64,000 nucleotides of DNA from positions 32,001 through 96,000 of the forward strand of contig JANNXQ010000195.1 of assembly GCA_031409655.1 (NCBI GenBank), given 5' to 3'. The DNA comes from Chthoniobacteraceae bacterium. Its GTDB lineage: Bacteria; Verrucomicrobiota; Verrucomicrobiia; Chthoniobacterales; Chthoniobacteraceae. Within the stretch, counting starts at the first letter, position 1. The number at the start of each line of letters is the position of its first letter. The translations under genes and the position numbers were made by a program. The notes below the pieces were generated by a model that worked only from the letters and a program-made list of their open reading frames with translations, ran no database searches and was not told where the DNA came from. Positions 43,856-52,550 of the stretch are shown piece after piece.

Positions 43856-46800
43856 CTAGCCGCGCGTCGCGAGTTTTGCGCCAGCCTGTTCGAGCCAAGC
43901 CGCGTCGGGCATGGCGTAGGGGCGGAAGGTTTCGAGGGTGCCTTCCTGTTCGTTGGCGAGCAGGGCGCGGTGCAGGCCGAGGGTGGCGGCTTTCGGCGTA
44001 TCGATGAGGCTCGCGGAGTCGTTGGCGCTCATTTGGAAGATGACCCGCATTTCAAATTCGCTCAGCGCCTTCCGGCTCATTGCGCGGTTTACGTTGTTAA
44101 ACGTATCGACGGTCGCGAAGAGATGCAGCCCGTGCGCGCTGCCTTCGGTGATGAGTTCGTTGAACTGGGCGCCGGGGTTGCCGGTGCTCTCTTCGTCGCC
44201 GGACGAAAAGCTGAAGTCATCTTCATGCCGGAGCTTCTTGAACTTCTGCAGGCCATGGATGAACAGGAAGACCGCAGGCTCGTTGCGGGAGGATTCTCCG
44301 GCGGCGTTGCGAGTCTTCAGATCCGCGGCGAGTCCACCCATCACCTCGGCAGCATCGTGACCCCGCGCCAGCGTCAGGCGGCCGGGAAGGGCGGCGGCGA
44401 GTTGGTCGATAAAGGTGGCTTCGGGCGTCTCGGGATTCGCACCGTGGAGCAGGATGAACCTCGCGGTCCCGGCGGGATACTGCGCGGCGAGTGCGACGAT
44501 GGAGACGCCGATCAAAGTCAGCGCGTCGTCGTCGCGCTGACCGACAAGGAGCAGGTGATTGCCGCTCTGCCGCTGAAAGACCGCTTCGGTCGGACCTTTG
44601 ATGGAATTGGGCGCGCCGAGCCAGCAGCGACCCACCGCGGGCGCGGTAGTCGGTTTCGATTCGAGGGCCGCGCGCAAGCGTTCATTCTCGCGGATGTCGG
44701 CCGGTGAATTACCTTCGAAAACGATCGGGCCTGGGTGCTGATCGTGATGCTGCTCGGCGAGTGCGCGCACCTTGTCGAGCCACTGATCGCGCTCTTCATC
44801 CGGCAGCCACACGACCTGGAAGGGGCTGTTCCCCTCGACCGCACCGGAGGCGTCGTTGTAGATGCCTTCGCCCGGTCGCGAGAGGAGGCGCGGCGCGGAA
44901 TTATTGTCATCCATGATGAGATAGGCGTCGGCTTCGTTGCATTGCAGGGCCACGCGGATGGCCATCTGACCGAGCGTTGCGCGGGCGAGCGTGTAAGCAC
45001 CGCCCAGGGTCTGCGAGCCGAGGATCACATGGATGCCAAAGGCGCGGCCCTGACGCACGATGCGATCGAAGAGCAGCGCGGCGCCTTGCGAGACGTTGTC
45101 GTCCTCAACGAAGAACTCCTGGAATTCATCGATCATCAGCAGCGAGCGCGGCATCGGTTCGGCCCCACCCTCGCGCTTGTAGCCCGCGAGATCCTGCACG
45201 CCGAGTTTGCGGAAAATGTCTCCGCGCCGTTTCAACTCATCGTCCACGCGTTGCAGCACACTGAGCGCAAATTCCCGGTCGCTTTCAATGGCCACGACGC
45301 GCGCATGCGGAAGGCGTTTCGTGGCGTAGCACTTAAATTCCACGCCTTTCTTAAAGTCGATGAGGTAAAACTCCACCTGCTCGGGACTGCACGCGAGGGC
45401 GAGGTTCGTGATGATGACGTGGAAGAGCGTGGATTTTCCTGAGCCCGTCTTGCCGGCGAAAAGCGCATGCTGGCGCGTGCCTTTGCCGATCGCGAGATAC
45501 TGCAATTTCGTCGCCCCGGTGCGGCCCACGGCGATGCGCAGTTCGGTGGTCGTGTCGTGCGTCCACATCTCCTCGGGCTTCGGCGCGATCTGGAGGAAAG
45601 GCACCTCGACGCGATTCGAGTCGATGCTGGCTTTGCCGATCTTATGGACGAGCGCAACGGCGAGATCGGCGTCGGGAGGGGCATCGAGCGCGGCCGTGGC
45701 CGTGATCGCGGAGTGCGTGGTCTGGACCACGAGCGCGTCGCCCTGACGGCGGAGGCAGACGCTGCTCTTGCGGAGTTCAGCGGCGACGAAACCATCCGGC
45801 ATCGACTGCCGCGGATCCCAATGGATGAGCGTGAAGACGCCGCAGCGCGGACCGCTGGCGGCGATGCTTTGCAGACGTTTCACCGCGGACTCGCTGAAGC
45901 TTGCGGGGAAATCCGCGACGACGAGAAAGTGATATTTCTCCGCCACGCTGCCTGCCTTGGCATTGTACTCCGTAATCGTGGCGAACTCATTGCGGAGATA
46001 CATCTGGATGACTTTCTCGATGTGTTCATTGAGGTCGTCGAGCCGCTCTTCGATTTGCTCGCGCTGCGTCCAGATGCGGCGGTTGATGAGGCTTTCCTCG
46101 TGATCCCCGAGATGCATGAGTCCGGCGAAGTTTTGGCCGAGCCCGACGGGATCGATGATCGTGAAGCTGAGCTTCCCCGGCGGCGTGGTGGCGAGCAGGC
46201 GGAGGATGGAGTTGTTGATCGTCCCGACGACCGAGGGCTCGCTCGAGTCGTTCGTTTCAAAGAGGAGCGAACCTTCTGCCGGGAAAGAGAGGGCGAGGGG
46301 AATGGAGACGCGGGGCCCGCCGGGCAGGCCGAGGCGGGGATCCTTGGGGCCGGGCGAAGCGGCCTGCGTGAGGTCGAGTTCCAGCGCGCCAAATTTCACC
46401 GCGGGAGCGAAAGCCGTCGGTGCCTTCCATGCTTCCACCATCTCCGAATCCCACGCTGGGAAGCGCCCCTCGGTCCCCGCTTTTATCTCCTCGATCGCGG
46501 CATGCACCGGGAGGATCTCGCGCTGCCAGTCCGCTTCGAGCGCGCCCCAGCGGGCGGCTTCATCGGCAGCAAAGGCCGCGAGGTCCGCCGCGTGCGCTTC
46601 GCTGAGCGTCGTGCGCCGGGTGTCGCTGGCGCTCTGGATCTCGCCGAGCGCCGCGGTGCGTCCCTCCGCGAGCGTCGTGATTTTCGGCGCGAGCATCTGT
46701 TCATTGCGGGCAAAGGCACCGGGGAGTTGCTGCCGGAGTTTTTCCCGCCGAGCGGCGGCAAATTCACGCTCGAGGTCATCGGCGCGATTCCACTCCTCCT

Positions 46801-47761
46801 GGATTCCCTGCGCGAGGGCATCGTGCTCCTCCTGGAGGCGCTGCCGCTCCGCTGCGTGATGCGCCGTGGCCTCCGCGGCACTCGCATCATGCGCCCGCAC
46901 GGCCATCCCGAGCGCACCCGCCAGCTCCGAAGCCGTGGCTTTCGACTGACTGAGCCCGATCCGGTGAATGAGGACGACGAGGATGATCGCAACGAGCGTC
47001 GCTCCACCAGCGATCATCGGCGCGTCGGGATTTGCCCGCAGGACGAGCCAGACGATCAACCCCACGACGGCCAGGATCGGGAGCACCGCCGGGAGCGGCG
47101 CGTAGCTAAAGAGACGCGGCAGGGCGAAGCGGCGGAACTGGCCCAGCTTCTCCTCCGCGACCGCGAGCTGACTCTTGAGTTCAGTGAGTGAAGCCTGGTG
47201 ATCGCCCGTGCCGATGGGCCCGCCCGCCGGCGCCGTGCGTTCACTGCGCAGCATCTTCTGAAAGGAACTGCAGCCGCCAAAAGCATTCCACGCGCGCTGC
47301 TCGAGCTTGCCATGCGCCGTGCGCTGCTCGCCGAGCCGCGCGACGAATTCCGCAAAATTCCCGTCCTCCGCCTTCAAGTCCACCGGCAGCGCCTTTTCCG
47401 CGCGGAAGTGCCGCATTTGCAGCCCGGTGAGGTACTTCTCCTTTTCATGCTGCGCCCGGGTCTTGAGCTTTTGCATGCTGTTCGTGTGCTTCTGCTGGAT
47501 GCCCATCCGCCGTTCCTCGTGAAAGGCCCGGACGCGCGTTTCCTCCGCCGTCACGCCCTCCTCGGTCTCGGCGACCTGCGCCGCGAGCCGGGTCTCGAGG
47601 GCCGCGAGCGCCTCCCGGTTTCGCCGATTCAGCGCGGAACGGCGGATGTTCAGGTCGCGCGTCAGTTGCTCCTCGCGTTGGGCAAACTCCGCCGCGGTCA
47701 GTTTCAGTTTTCCGAAGAGGTCGAGACTCCGGGTGACTCGTAGGTCGATGTCGCTATTCAC
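43856..47761 (-). CDS. FtsK/SpoIIIE-family ATPase, EccC/EssC-like type VII secretion coupling protein
   Basis: Coiled coil, two TMs, coiled coil, degenerate ATPase fold, intact domain (HALFAGKTGSGKS, YLIDFKKG, IDEFQ, GRAFGIH), degenerate C-terminal domain; GTG 47761. Confidence 0.88.
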   Translation of the reverse strand: MNSDIDLRVTRSLDLFGKLKLTAAEFAQREEQLTRDLNIRRSALNRRNREALAALETRLAAQVAETEEGVTAEETRVRAFHEERRMGIQQKHTNSMQKLKTRAQHEKEKYLTGLQMRHFRAEKALPVDLKAEDGNFAEFVARLGEQRTAHGKLEQRAWNAFGGCSSFQKMLRSERTAPAGGPIGTGDHQASLTELKSQLAVAEEKLGQFRRFALPRLFSYAPLPAVLPILAVVGLIVWLVLRANPDAPMIAGGATLVAIILVVLIHRIGLSQSKATASELAGALGMAVRAHDASAAEATAHHAAERQRLQEEHDALAQGIQEEWNRADDLEREFAAARREKLRQQLPGAFARNEQMLAPKITTLAEGRTAALGEIQSASDTRRTTLSEAHAADLAAFAADEAARWGALEADWQREILPVHAAIEEIKAGTEGRFPAWDSEMVEAWKAPTAFAPAVKFGALELDLTQAASPGPKDPRLGLPGGPRVSIPLALSFPAEGSLLFETNDSSEPSVVGTINNSILRLLATTPPGKLSFTIIDPVGLGQNFAGLMHLGDHEESLINRRIWTQREQIEERLDDLNEHIEKVIQMYLRNEFATITEYNAKAGSVAEKYHFLVVADFPASFSESAVKRLQSIAASGPRCGVFTLIHWDPRQSMPDGFVAAELRKSSVCLRRQGDALVVQTTHSAITATAALDAPPDADLAVALVHKIGKASIDSNRVEVPFLQIAPKPEEMWTHDTTTELRIAVGRTGATKLQYLAIGKGTRQHALFAGKTGSGKSTLFHVIITNLALACSPEQVEFYLIDFKKGVEFKCYATKRLPHARVVAIESDREFALSVLQRVDDELKRRGDIFRKLGVQDLAGYKREGGAEPMPRSLLMIDEFQEFFVEDDNVSQGAALLFDRIVRQGRAFGIHVILGSQTLGGAYTLARATLGQMAIRVALQCNEADAYLIMDDNNSAPRLLSRPGEGIYNDASGAVEGNSPFQVVWLPDEERDQWLDKVRALAEQHHDQHPGPIVFEGNSPADIRENERLRAALESKPTTAPAVGRCWLGAPNSIKGPTEAVFQRQSGNHLLLVGQRDDDALTLIGVSIVALAAQYPAGTARFILLHGANPETPEATFIDQLAAALPGRLTLARGHDAAEVMGGLAADLKTRNAAGESSRNEPAVFLFIHGLQKFKKLRHEDDFSFSSGDEESTGNPGAQFNELITEGSAHGLHLFATVDTFNNVNRAMSRKALSEFEMRVIFQMSANDSASLIDTPKAATLGLHRALLANEQEGTLETFRPYAMPDAAWLEQAGAKLATRG

Positions 47762-47963
47762 AATCGATGCGGACCTTTCGCAAAAGCCCATCCAGTTCCT
47801 CGATCACCGCCGCCGCGCGGGCCAGGTGATGCGGGAGATCCTCCAGATAGGTGTGTTCAAATTCCCGAGCCTTCACGTCCCGCCACGATTCCTTCGTCTG
47901 CTCCCACTCGGCCTTCAGCTCCTTCGCCGCCTGCAGCAGATTCGACGCGCTCGCCCGGCTCAT
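47754..47963 (-). CDS. Small WXG100-like protein (69 aa, W-R-D)
   Basis: Helical hairpin with central ESWRDVKAREF; overlaps both neighbours. Confidence 0.7.
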   Translation of the reverse strand: MSRASASNLLQAAKELKAEWEQTKESWRDVKAREFEHTYLEDLPHHLARAAAVIEELDGLLRKVRIDCE

Positions 47964-48472
47964 GATCCGGCGGCCTCCGGCGGGGGCCCCGCGAGCTTCG
48001 GCGCCGTCTCCGCGTAAGCTTCCAGCGTCTTCTGCGCCTGCACCAGAAAGGCGATTCCCTTCGGCAGATCGAAATCGAGCACGAAGCGCAAACTCTCGAT
48101 TCGTTTCAGCAGCGGCTCCGCAGAGGCGTCAAAATCCCGGGTCCACTTCTTCACCAGGCGCATCTTTTTCTCCGCGTGATCCAGCGCCTCCTTCGCCTTG
48201 CGCACCGCATTCTGCTGCGCCGAGATGTTGTCACGCAGATTGGAAAGTTTCGCACTTAGCAGCTCCTGCTGCGCCGCATCCAGGAGCTTCCGCTGCTTCC
48301 GGATTTCCTGCTCCCAGTGGGTCCGCCGATCATTCTGCAGCCACCCGCGCGTCCGCCGCACCTCGTCGCCCACCTCATCCACGCTGCGATGCGCGTGACC
48401 GAGAAAGATGATGAGATTTGCCCGGAACGCCTCCAGCGCGTCGAGCGACGTGACATGCGCCTGCGGTGCCAT
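47960..48472 (-). CDS. Coiled-coil protein, extended WXG100-like (170 aa)
   Basis: All-helical; termini resemble those of the adjacent WXG100 protein. Confidence 0.7.
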   Translation of the reverse strand: MAPQAHVTSLDALEAFRANLIIFLGHAHRSVDEVGDEVRRTRGWLQNDRRTHWEQEIRKQRKLLDAAQQELLSAKLSNLRDNISAQQNAVRKAKEALDHAEKKMRLVKKWTRDFDASAEPLLKRIESLRFVLDFDLPKGIAFLVQAQKTLEAYAETAPKLAGPPPEAAGS

Positions 48473-48475
48473 GGC

Positions 48476-48748
48476 CTAGCGCTGATCCAGATATTCCTCG
48501 ATGCGTTGCGCCTTGCGCAGGAGGTAGGGTGTGTGTTTTTCCGACACCTCGACGAATTTTTTCAGCACCTTCATCGTCGTCAGGAATTCCTCCGCAAACT
48601 TCTCCGCATCCTGATCCTGCCAGGTGCTCCCGAGCGCCGCAAAGCGCGCCTGCAAAGCCCCCGCCCGGACCTGCACGTCGTCATTGAAGCGCTTCAGCTC
48701 TTTGGCGAAGCGCCGCACTTCCTCCGGGTCCATGATCGCTTGAGCCAT
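48476..48748 (-). CDS. WXG100 family type VII secretion target (90 aa, W-Q-D)
   Basis: ATG 48748: MAQAIMDPEEVRRFA..LGSTWQDQDAEKF..LLRKAQRIEEYL; size and central W typical of WXG100. Confidence 0.85.
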   Translation of the reverse strand: MAQAIMDPEEVRRFAKELKRFNDDVQVRAGALQARFAALGSTWQDQDAEKFAEEFLTTMKVLKKFVEVSEKHTPYLLRKAQRIEEYLDQR

Positions 48749-48928
48749 AGGGAATATTGCTGGGGTTTTAGGATTCGCTCCAAGGCTACTCGCAGCGTGA
48801 GCGCCCGGGATCTTTGCAGGTGGGGAATCTCTATGAACTCCCTGCGAAACGCAACGCGCGAGAGCCGCGAGCGGATTGTTGGTTGTCGAAAGGGCAAGAC
48901 CGGCGATTTTCCCGCCCTTGGAAATTGC

Positions 48929-51673
48929 ATGATCGACGTCCTCTACCAGCGCGGCCTCGAACTTCCGGCCCACGGGCTCTGGCTCGATCCGTGGGAGGCG
49001 CGGCCGTTTGCTTTTGTCTCCCATGCGCACAGCGATCACACCGCGCGGCACGCGGAGATCATCGCCAGTGTGGGCACGGCGCGGTTGATGCAGGCGCGCC
49101 TGGGTGGCGTGCGGCGGGAGCAAGTGCTGGAGTTTGGGGAGCGGCGGGAGTTTGGGAATTTCGCGATCACGCTCTTGCCGGCGGGACATATCTTTGGCTC
49201 GGCGCAGGCGTTCATCGAGAGCGCGGCGGGGACGCTTTTGTACACCGGTGATTTCAAGCTGCGTCACGGACTCTCCGCGGAACCCGCCGAATGGCGGCAG
49301 GCAGACACCTTGATCATGGAGACGACCTACGGCCTGCCGAAGTATCGGATGCCGCCGACGGAGGAGGTGCTCGCGCGAATGATCGCGTTTTGCCAGGAAA
49401 CGCTGGAGGACGGTGCGGTGCCGGTGCTGCTCGGGTATTCGCTGGGCAAGTCGCAGGAGATCCTCTGCGCGTTGCTCGCGGCGGGGCTGACGCCGATGCT
49501 GCACGGGGCGGTGTGGAAGATGACGGAGATCTACCGGCAGCTTCGGCCAGGTTTCCCGACTGGTTACGAACCTTATGCGGCTGGTGAAGTCGCGGGGAAG
49601 GTGCTGGTCTGCCCGCCGAGTGCGAATCGGACGGTGATGGTCACGCGGATCAAGAATAGGCGGGTGGCCTCGCTGACGGGTTGGGCGCTCGATCCGGGGG
49701 CGAAGTATCGGCTGCAATGCGATGCCGCTTTTCCACTCACGGATCACGCGGACTATCCGGACCTGCTCCGCTACGTGGAACTCGTGCAGCCAAAGCGCGT
49801 GCTCACTTTGCATGGCTTTGCGGCGGCGTTTGCGCGGGACCTGCGGGCGCGGGGAGTGGAAGCGTGGGCCTTGAGCGAGGATAACCAACTGGAACTCGCC
49901 TTACCCACGGAGGAGAAGCAGCCGCGGATTTCGCAGATGGCGCGGATTTCTGAAACGAGCGCCGCACCCGTGTTCTCGGGGCCATCCGCGGTGTCCTTTT
50001 CAGCGGTCGCGGAGTTTGCGGCTTTTGCCGAAGCTGGCGAACGCATCGCCTCGACGACGAGCAAGCTCAAGAAGACGGCCGTGCTCAGCGAGTATCTTCG
50101 TTCGCTGGACGCCGCGGCGTTGCCGATCGCGGCGGTCTATCTCACCGGCCACGCCTTTGCGCAGGCGGAGGCGAAGGCGCTGCAAGTGGGCGGCGCGGTG
50201 ATCCGGCAGGCGCTCCTGACCGTGAGTGGCTTGAGCGCAGGGGAGTTTCGGACTATCTCGCGCACCCACGCAGATGCGGGGAAGACGGCTTACGAAGTGC
50301 TCCTCGAGCGCACGACTCCGCAGCCGTTTAGCCTCGTCCAGTCGCGGGAGTTTTTCGCCGCGCTCCAGGCCGCGCGCGGTCCTTTGGCAAAAGGCGAACT
50401 CCTGCAGGCGCGCCTCGCGACCCTCGCGCCGCTGGCCGCGAGCTACGTCGTCCGGATCGTCACCGGCGACCTGCGCATTGGGTTGAAAAGCGGGCTGGTG
50501 GAGGAGGCTATCGCCGCGGCGTTTGACGAGCCAGCGAGCAGCGTGCGCCAGGCCCACATGCTCACGGGCGATCTCGGCGAAGTGGCCACGCGGGCGGCGC
50601 AGCACACGCTCGGCGAGGCGACGTTGCGCCTCTTTCATCCGATCCAGTGCATGCTCGCCAGTCCTGAGCCGACGGCGGCGGCGATCTGGGCGCGGCTTTC
50701 CGAACTCGATCCCCAGAGCATCACTTCGCCCGCCTGGGCCGAGGAAAAATACGACGGCATCCGCGCGCAGCTTCATGTCGCCGGTGGGCGGGTGGAAATT
50801 TTTTCGCGCGATCTCCGCCCCTTGACTGGCGAGTTCGCCGATCTCGCGAGCGTGGCCGGCCAGTTTGCTCGCCCGGCGATTCTCGATGGTGAACTGCTCG
50901 CTTTCGATGACGGTCGGCGGCTCACCTTTTTCGATCTGCAAAAGCGGCTCGGACGCAAGACGGAGAACGATCTTTTCCTCGCGGCGAGCGCTGTGCCGGT
51001 GATCTTCAAAGCCTTCGACTTGCTCTTTCTCGACGGCACGGCGCTGCTCGATCGCCCCTTGCACGAACGTCGCACTTTGCTCGAAAGCCTCGCCCTCCCG
51101 CCGCGACTCGAGGTCGCGCCCAGATTCGCGGTGGCCTCGGCGGACGAGGTGGAGGCGGCTTTTGCCGCAGCGCGCAAGCGGGGTCACGAAGGGCTCATCG
51201 TCAAAGAATGCGCGAGCCTCTACACGCCGGGGCGGCGGGGTCAGGCTTGGCTGAAGTTTAAAAAGGAACTCGCCACGCTCGACGTCGTGGTCGTGGGCGC
51301 GGAGCAGGGCCATGGCAAACGCAGCCACGTGCTGAGTGACTACACTTTTGCCGTCCGCGACGATGCCACCGGCGGGCTGCTCACGATCGGGAAGGCCTAC
51401 TCCGGCCTCACCGACCTGGAGATCGAGGAACTCACGGAACACTTCACGGCCACGACAGTCGCGCGTCGGGGGAAGTTCCGCGAAGTGCATCCCGAGATCG
51501 TCCTGGAGATCGCCTTCGATTCCATCCAGCCAAGCGCGCGGCACGCCAGTGGACTTGCGATGCGCTTCCCGAGGATCAAAGGCATCCGCCGGGATAAGAC
51601 GCCCGCGGAGATCGATACGCTGAGTGCGGCGCGGATGCTGGTGGCGGGGCAAAGGACGAAGGATGAAGGATGA
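48929..51673 (+). CDS. Fusion of ligase-associated MBL-fold exonuclease and ATP-dependent DNA ligase
   Basis: SHAHSDH, AGHIFGSA, YTGDF, ETTYG, DHAD; ligase EEKYDGIR, LDGEL, AFDLL, EGLIVK, WLKFK, MRFPRI..IRRDK; ATG 48929. Confidence 0.92.
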   Translation: MIDVLYQRGLELPAHGLWLDPWEARPFAFVSHAHSDHTARHAEIIASVGTARLMQARLGGVRREQVLEFGERREFGNFAITLLPAGHIFGSAQAFIESAAGTLLYTGDFKLRHGLSAEPAEWRQADTLIMETTYGLPKYRMPPTEEVLARMIAFCQETLEDGAVPVLLGYSLGKSQEILCALLAAGLTPMLHGAVWKMTEIYRQLRPGFPTGYEPYAAGEVAGKVLVCPPSANRTVMVTRIKNRRVASLTGWALDPGAKYRLQCDAAFPLTDHADYPDLLRYVELVQPKRVLTLHGFAAAFARDLRARGVEAWALSEDNQLELALPTEEKQPRISQMARISETSAAPVFSGPSAVSFSAVAEFAAFAEAGERIASTTSKLKKTAVLSEYLRSLDAAALPIAAVYLTGHAFAQAEAKALQVGGAVIRQALLTVSGLSAGEFRTISRTHADAGKTAYEVLLERTTPQPFSLVQSREFFAALQAARGPLAKGELLQARLATLAPLAASYVVRIVTGDLRIGLKSGLVEEAIAAAFDEPASSVRQAHMLTGDLGEVATRAAQHTLGEATLRLFHPIQCMLASPEPTAAAIWARLSELDPQSITSPAWAEEKYDGIRAQLHVAGGRVEIFSRDLRPLTGEFADLASVAGQFARPAILDGELLAFDDGRRLTFFDLQKRLGRKTENDLFLAASAVPVIFKAFDLLFLDGTALLDRPLHERRTLLESLALPPRLEVAPRFAVASADEVEAAFAAARKRGHEGLIVKECASLYTPGRRGQAWLKFKKELATLDVVVVGAEQGHGKRSHVLSDYTFAVRDDATGGLLTIGKAYSGLTDLEIEELTEHFTATTVARRGKFREVHPEIVLEIAFDSIQPSARHASGLAMRFPRIKGIRRDKTPAEIDTLSAARMLVAGQRTKDEG
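49920..49991. repeat. Nonamer-repeat palindrome remnant in the exonuclease-ligase linker
   Basis: CGCRGAT at 49923, 49932, 49941 (9-bp period); CCGCGGAT / ATCCGCGG inverted pair. Confidence 0.5.
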
Positions 51674-51752
51674 AGAAGGTGGGCCTTTGGCGCAGAATGG
51701 ATCTCTAATTCCCACTTTCGGTTTCATCCTTCATCCTTCATCCTTCATCCTT
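51652..51752. repeat. Heptamer inverted-repeat hairpin (AAGGATG)n / (CATCCTT)4
   Basis: aaggacg aaggatg aaggatg aa, spacer, tt catcctt x4; supplies the ligase TGA. Confidence 0.88.
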
Positions 51753-51755
51753 CCG

Positions 51756-52547
51756 ATGGATCGCCTCCTGATCGCGTCCACTTTCTGTTTCCTGTTAGGG
51801 TTTGCTTACACCATGCACGCCTTGGGAGCCCGCGTGTACCGGCCTTCCCGGTTAAACTTCTTCGCCATCCTCGGCGGCTTTCTTTTTCAGACCATGTGGC
51901 TCTCGCAGCGCGGCCAGTTGCTCGGCCGCTGCCCGCTCACAAACTTCTTCGAGGTCCTCATCTTCCTCGCCTGGTCCATGGTCTTGCTCTACCTCGCGAT
52001 CGGCACCTCCTACCGCCTGTCCCTGCTCGGCGTCTTCACCTCGCCGCTCGTTTTCCTTTTTCAACTTGGCGCGATGCTCATGGTCCCGGATCATCTGGCA
52101 AAGCCGCGCGGCGGGCTCAATCCCTGGCTCGAAGTCCACGCCGCGATCTCGGTCATCGCCTACGGAGCCTTTGCCCTGGCGGGCGTTGCGGGACTCATGT
52201 TTCTCGTCCAGGAGCGGCAACTGAAGACGCGGAAACTGCACTCGATCTTCCACCATTTACCGCCCATCCACGACCTCGCCATCGCCAATGGGCGCTTGCT
52301 CCTGACGGGCTTTGGCCTGCTGGCGATCGGCATCGGCGCGGGCTTTTCCATGGGGAATCTCATGGCGCATCGCGGGGCTCTCTACTGGTCCGTGGGCGTC
52401 TGGATGCTGTATGGGTTCGTCGTCGCCGCGTGGTGGCTGCGCAAGATCAGCGGGCGGCGCATGGCGTGGCTTTCCGTGAGCGCGTTTGCCTTCGCGCTCC
52501 TGACCCTTGGGGGGCTAATCTCCCTCGGCAAACCGGGTTCCTTCTGA
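51756..52547 (+). CDS. Cytochrome c assembly protein family (CcsA/HemX-like) membrane protein
   Basis: Multi-TM; PLTNFFE, WLEVHA, AYGAF, QERQLK; directly upstream of hemA; ATG 51756. Confidence 0.8.
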   Translation: MDRLLIASTFCFLLGFAYTMHALGARVYRPSRLNFFAILGGFLFQTMWLSQRGQLLGRCPLTNFFEVLIFLAWSMVLLYLAIGTSYRLSLLGVFTSPLVFLFQLGAMLMVPDHLAKPRGGLNPWLEVHAAISVIAYGAFALAGVAGLMFLVQERQLKTRKLHSIFHHLPPIHDLAIANGRLLLTGFGLLAIGIGAGFSMGNLMAHRGALYWSVGVWMLYGFVVAAWWLRKISGRRMAWLSVSAFAFALLTLGGLISLGKPGSF

Positions 52548-52550
52548 CTG

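Noticed and set aside
43856..47761. FtsK protein as chromosome-segregation FtsK or an anti-phage HerA/FtsK
   Set aside because: No gamma domain or partner nuclease; multi-domain layout and adjacent WXG100 genes fit EccC-like better
48749..48928. SOS box or structured RNA upstream of the ligase
   Set aside because: No TGTTC-N4-GAACA-type palindrome found by eye; only weak imperfect hairpins
48749..49888. 470-aa ORF 48476..49888 as one protein, and the 204-aa N-extension of the ligase ORF
   Set aside because: The extensions overlap real genes on the opposite strand; plausible starts are 48748 and 48929
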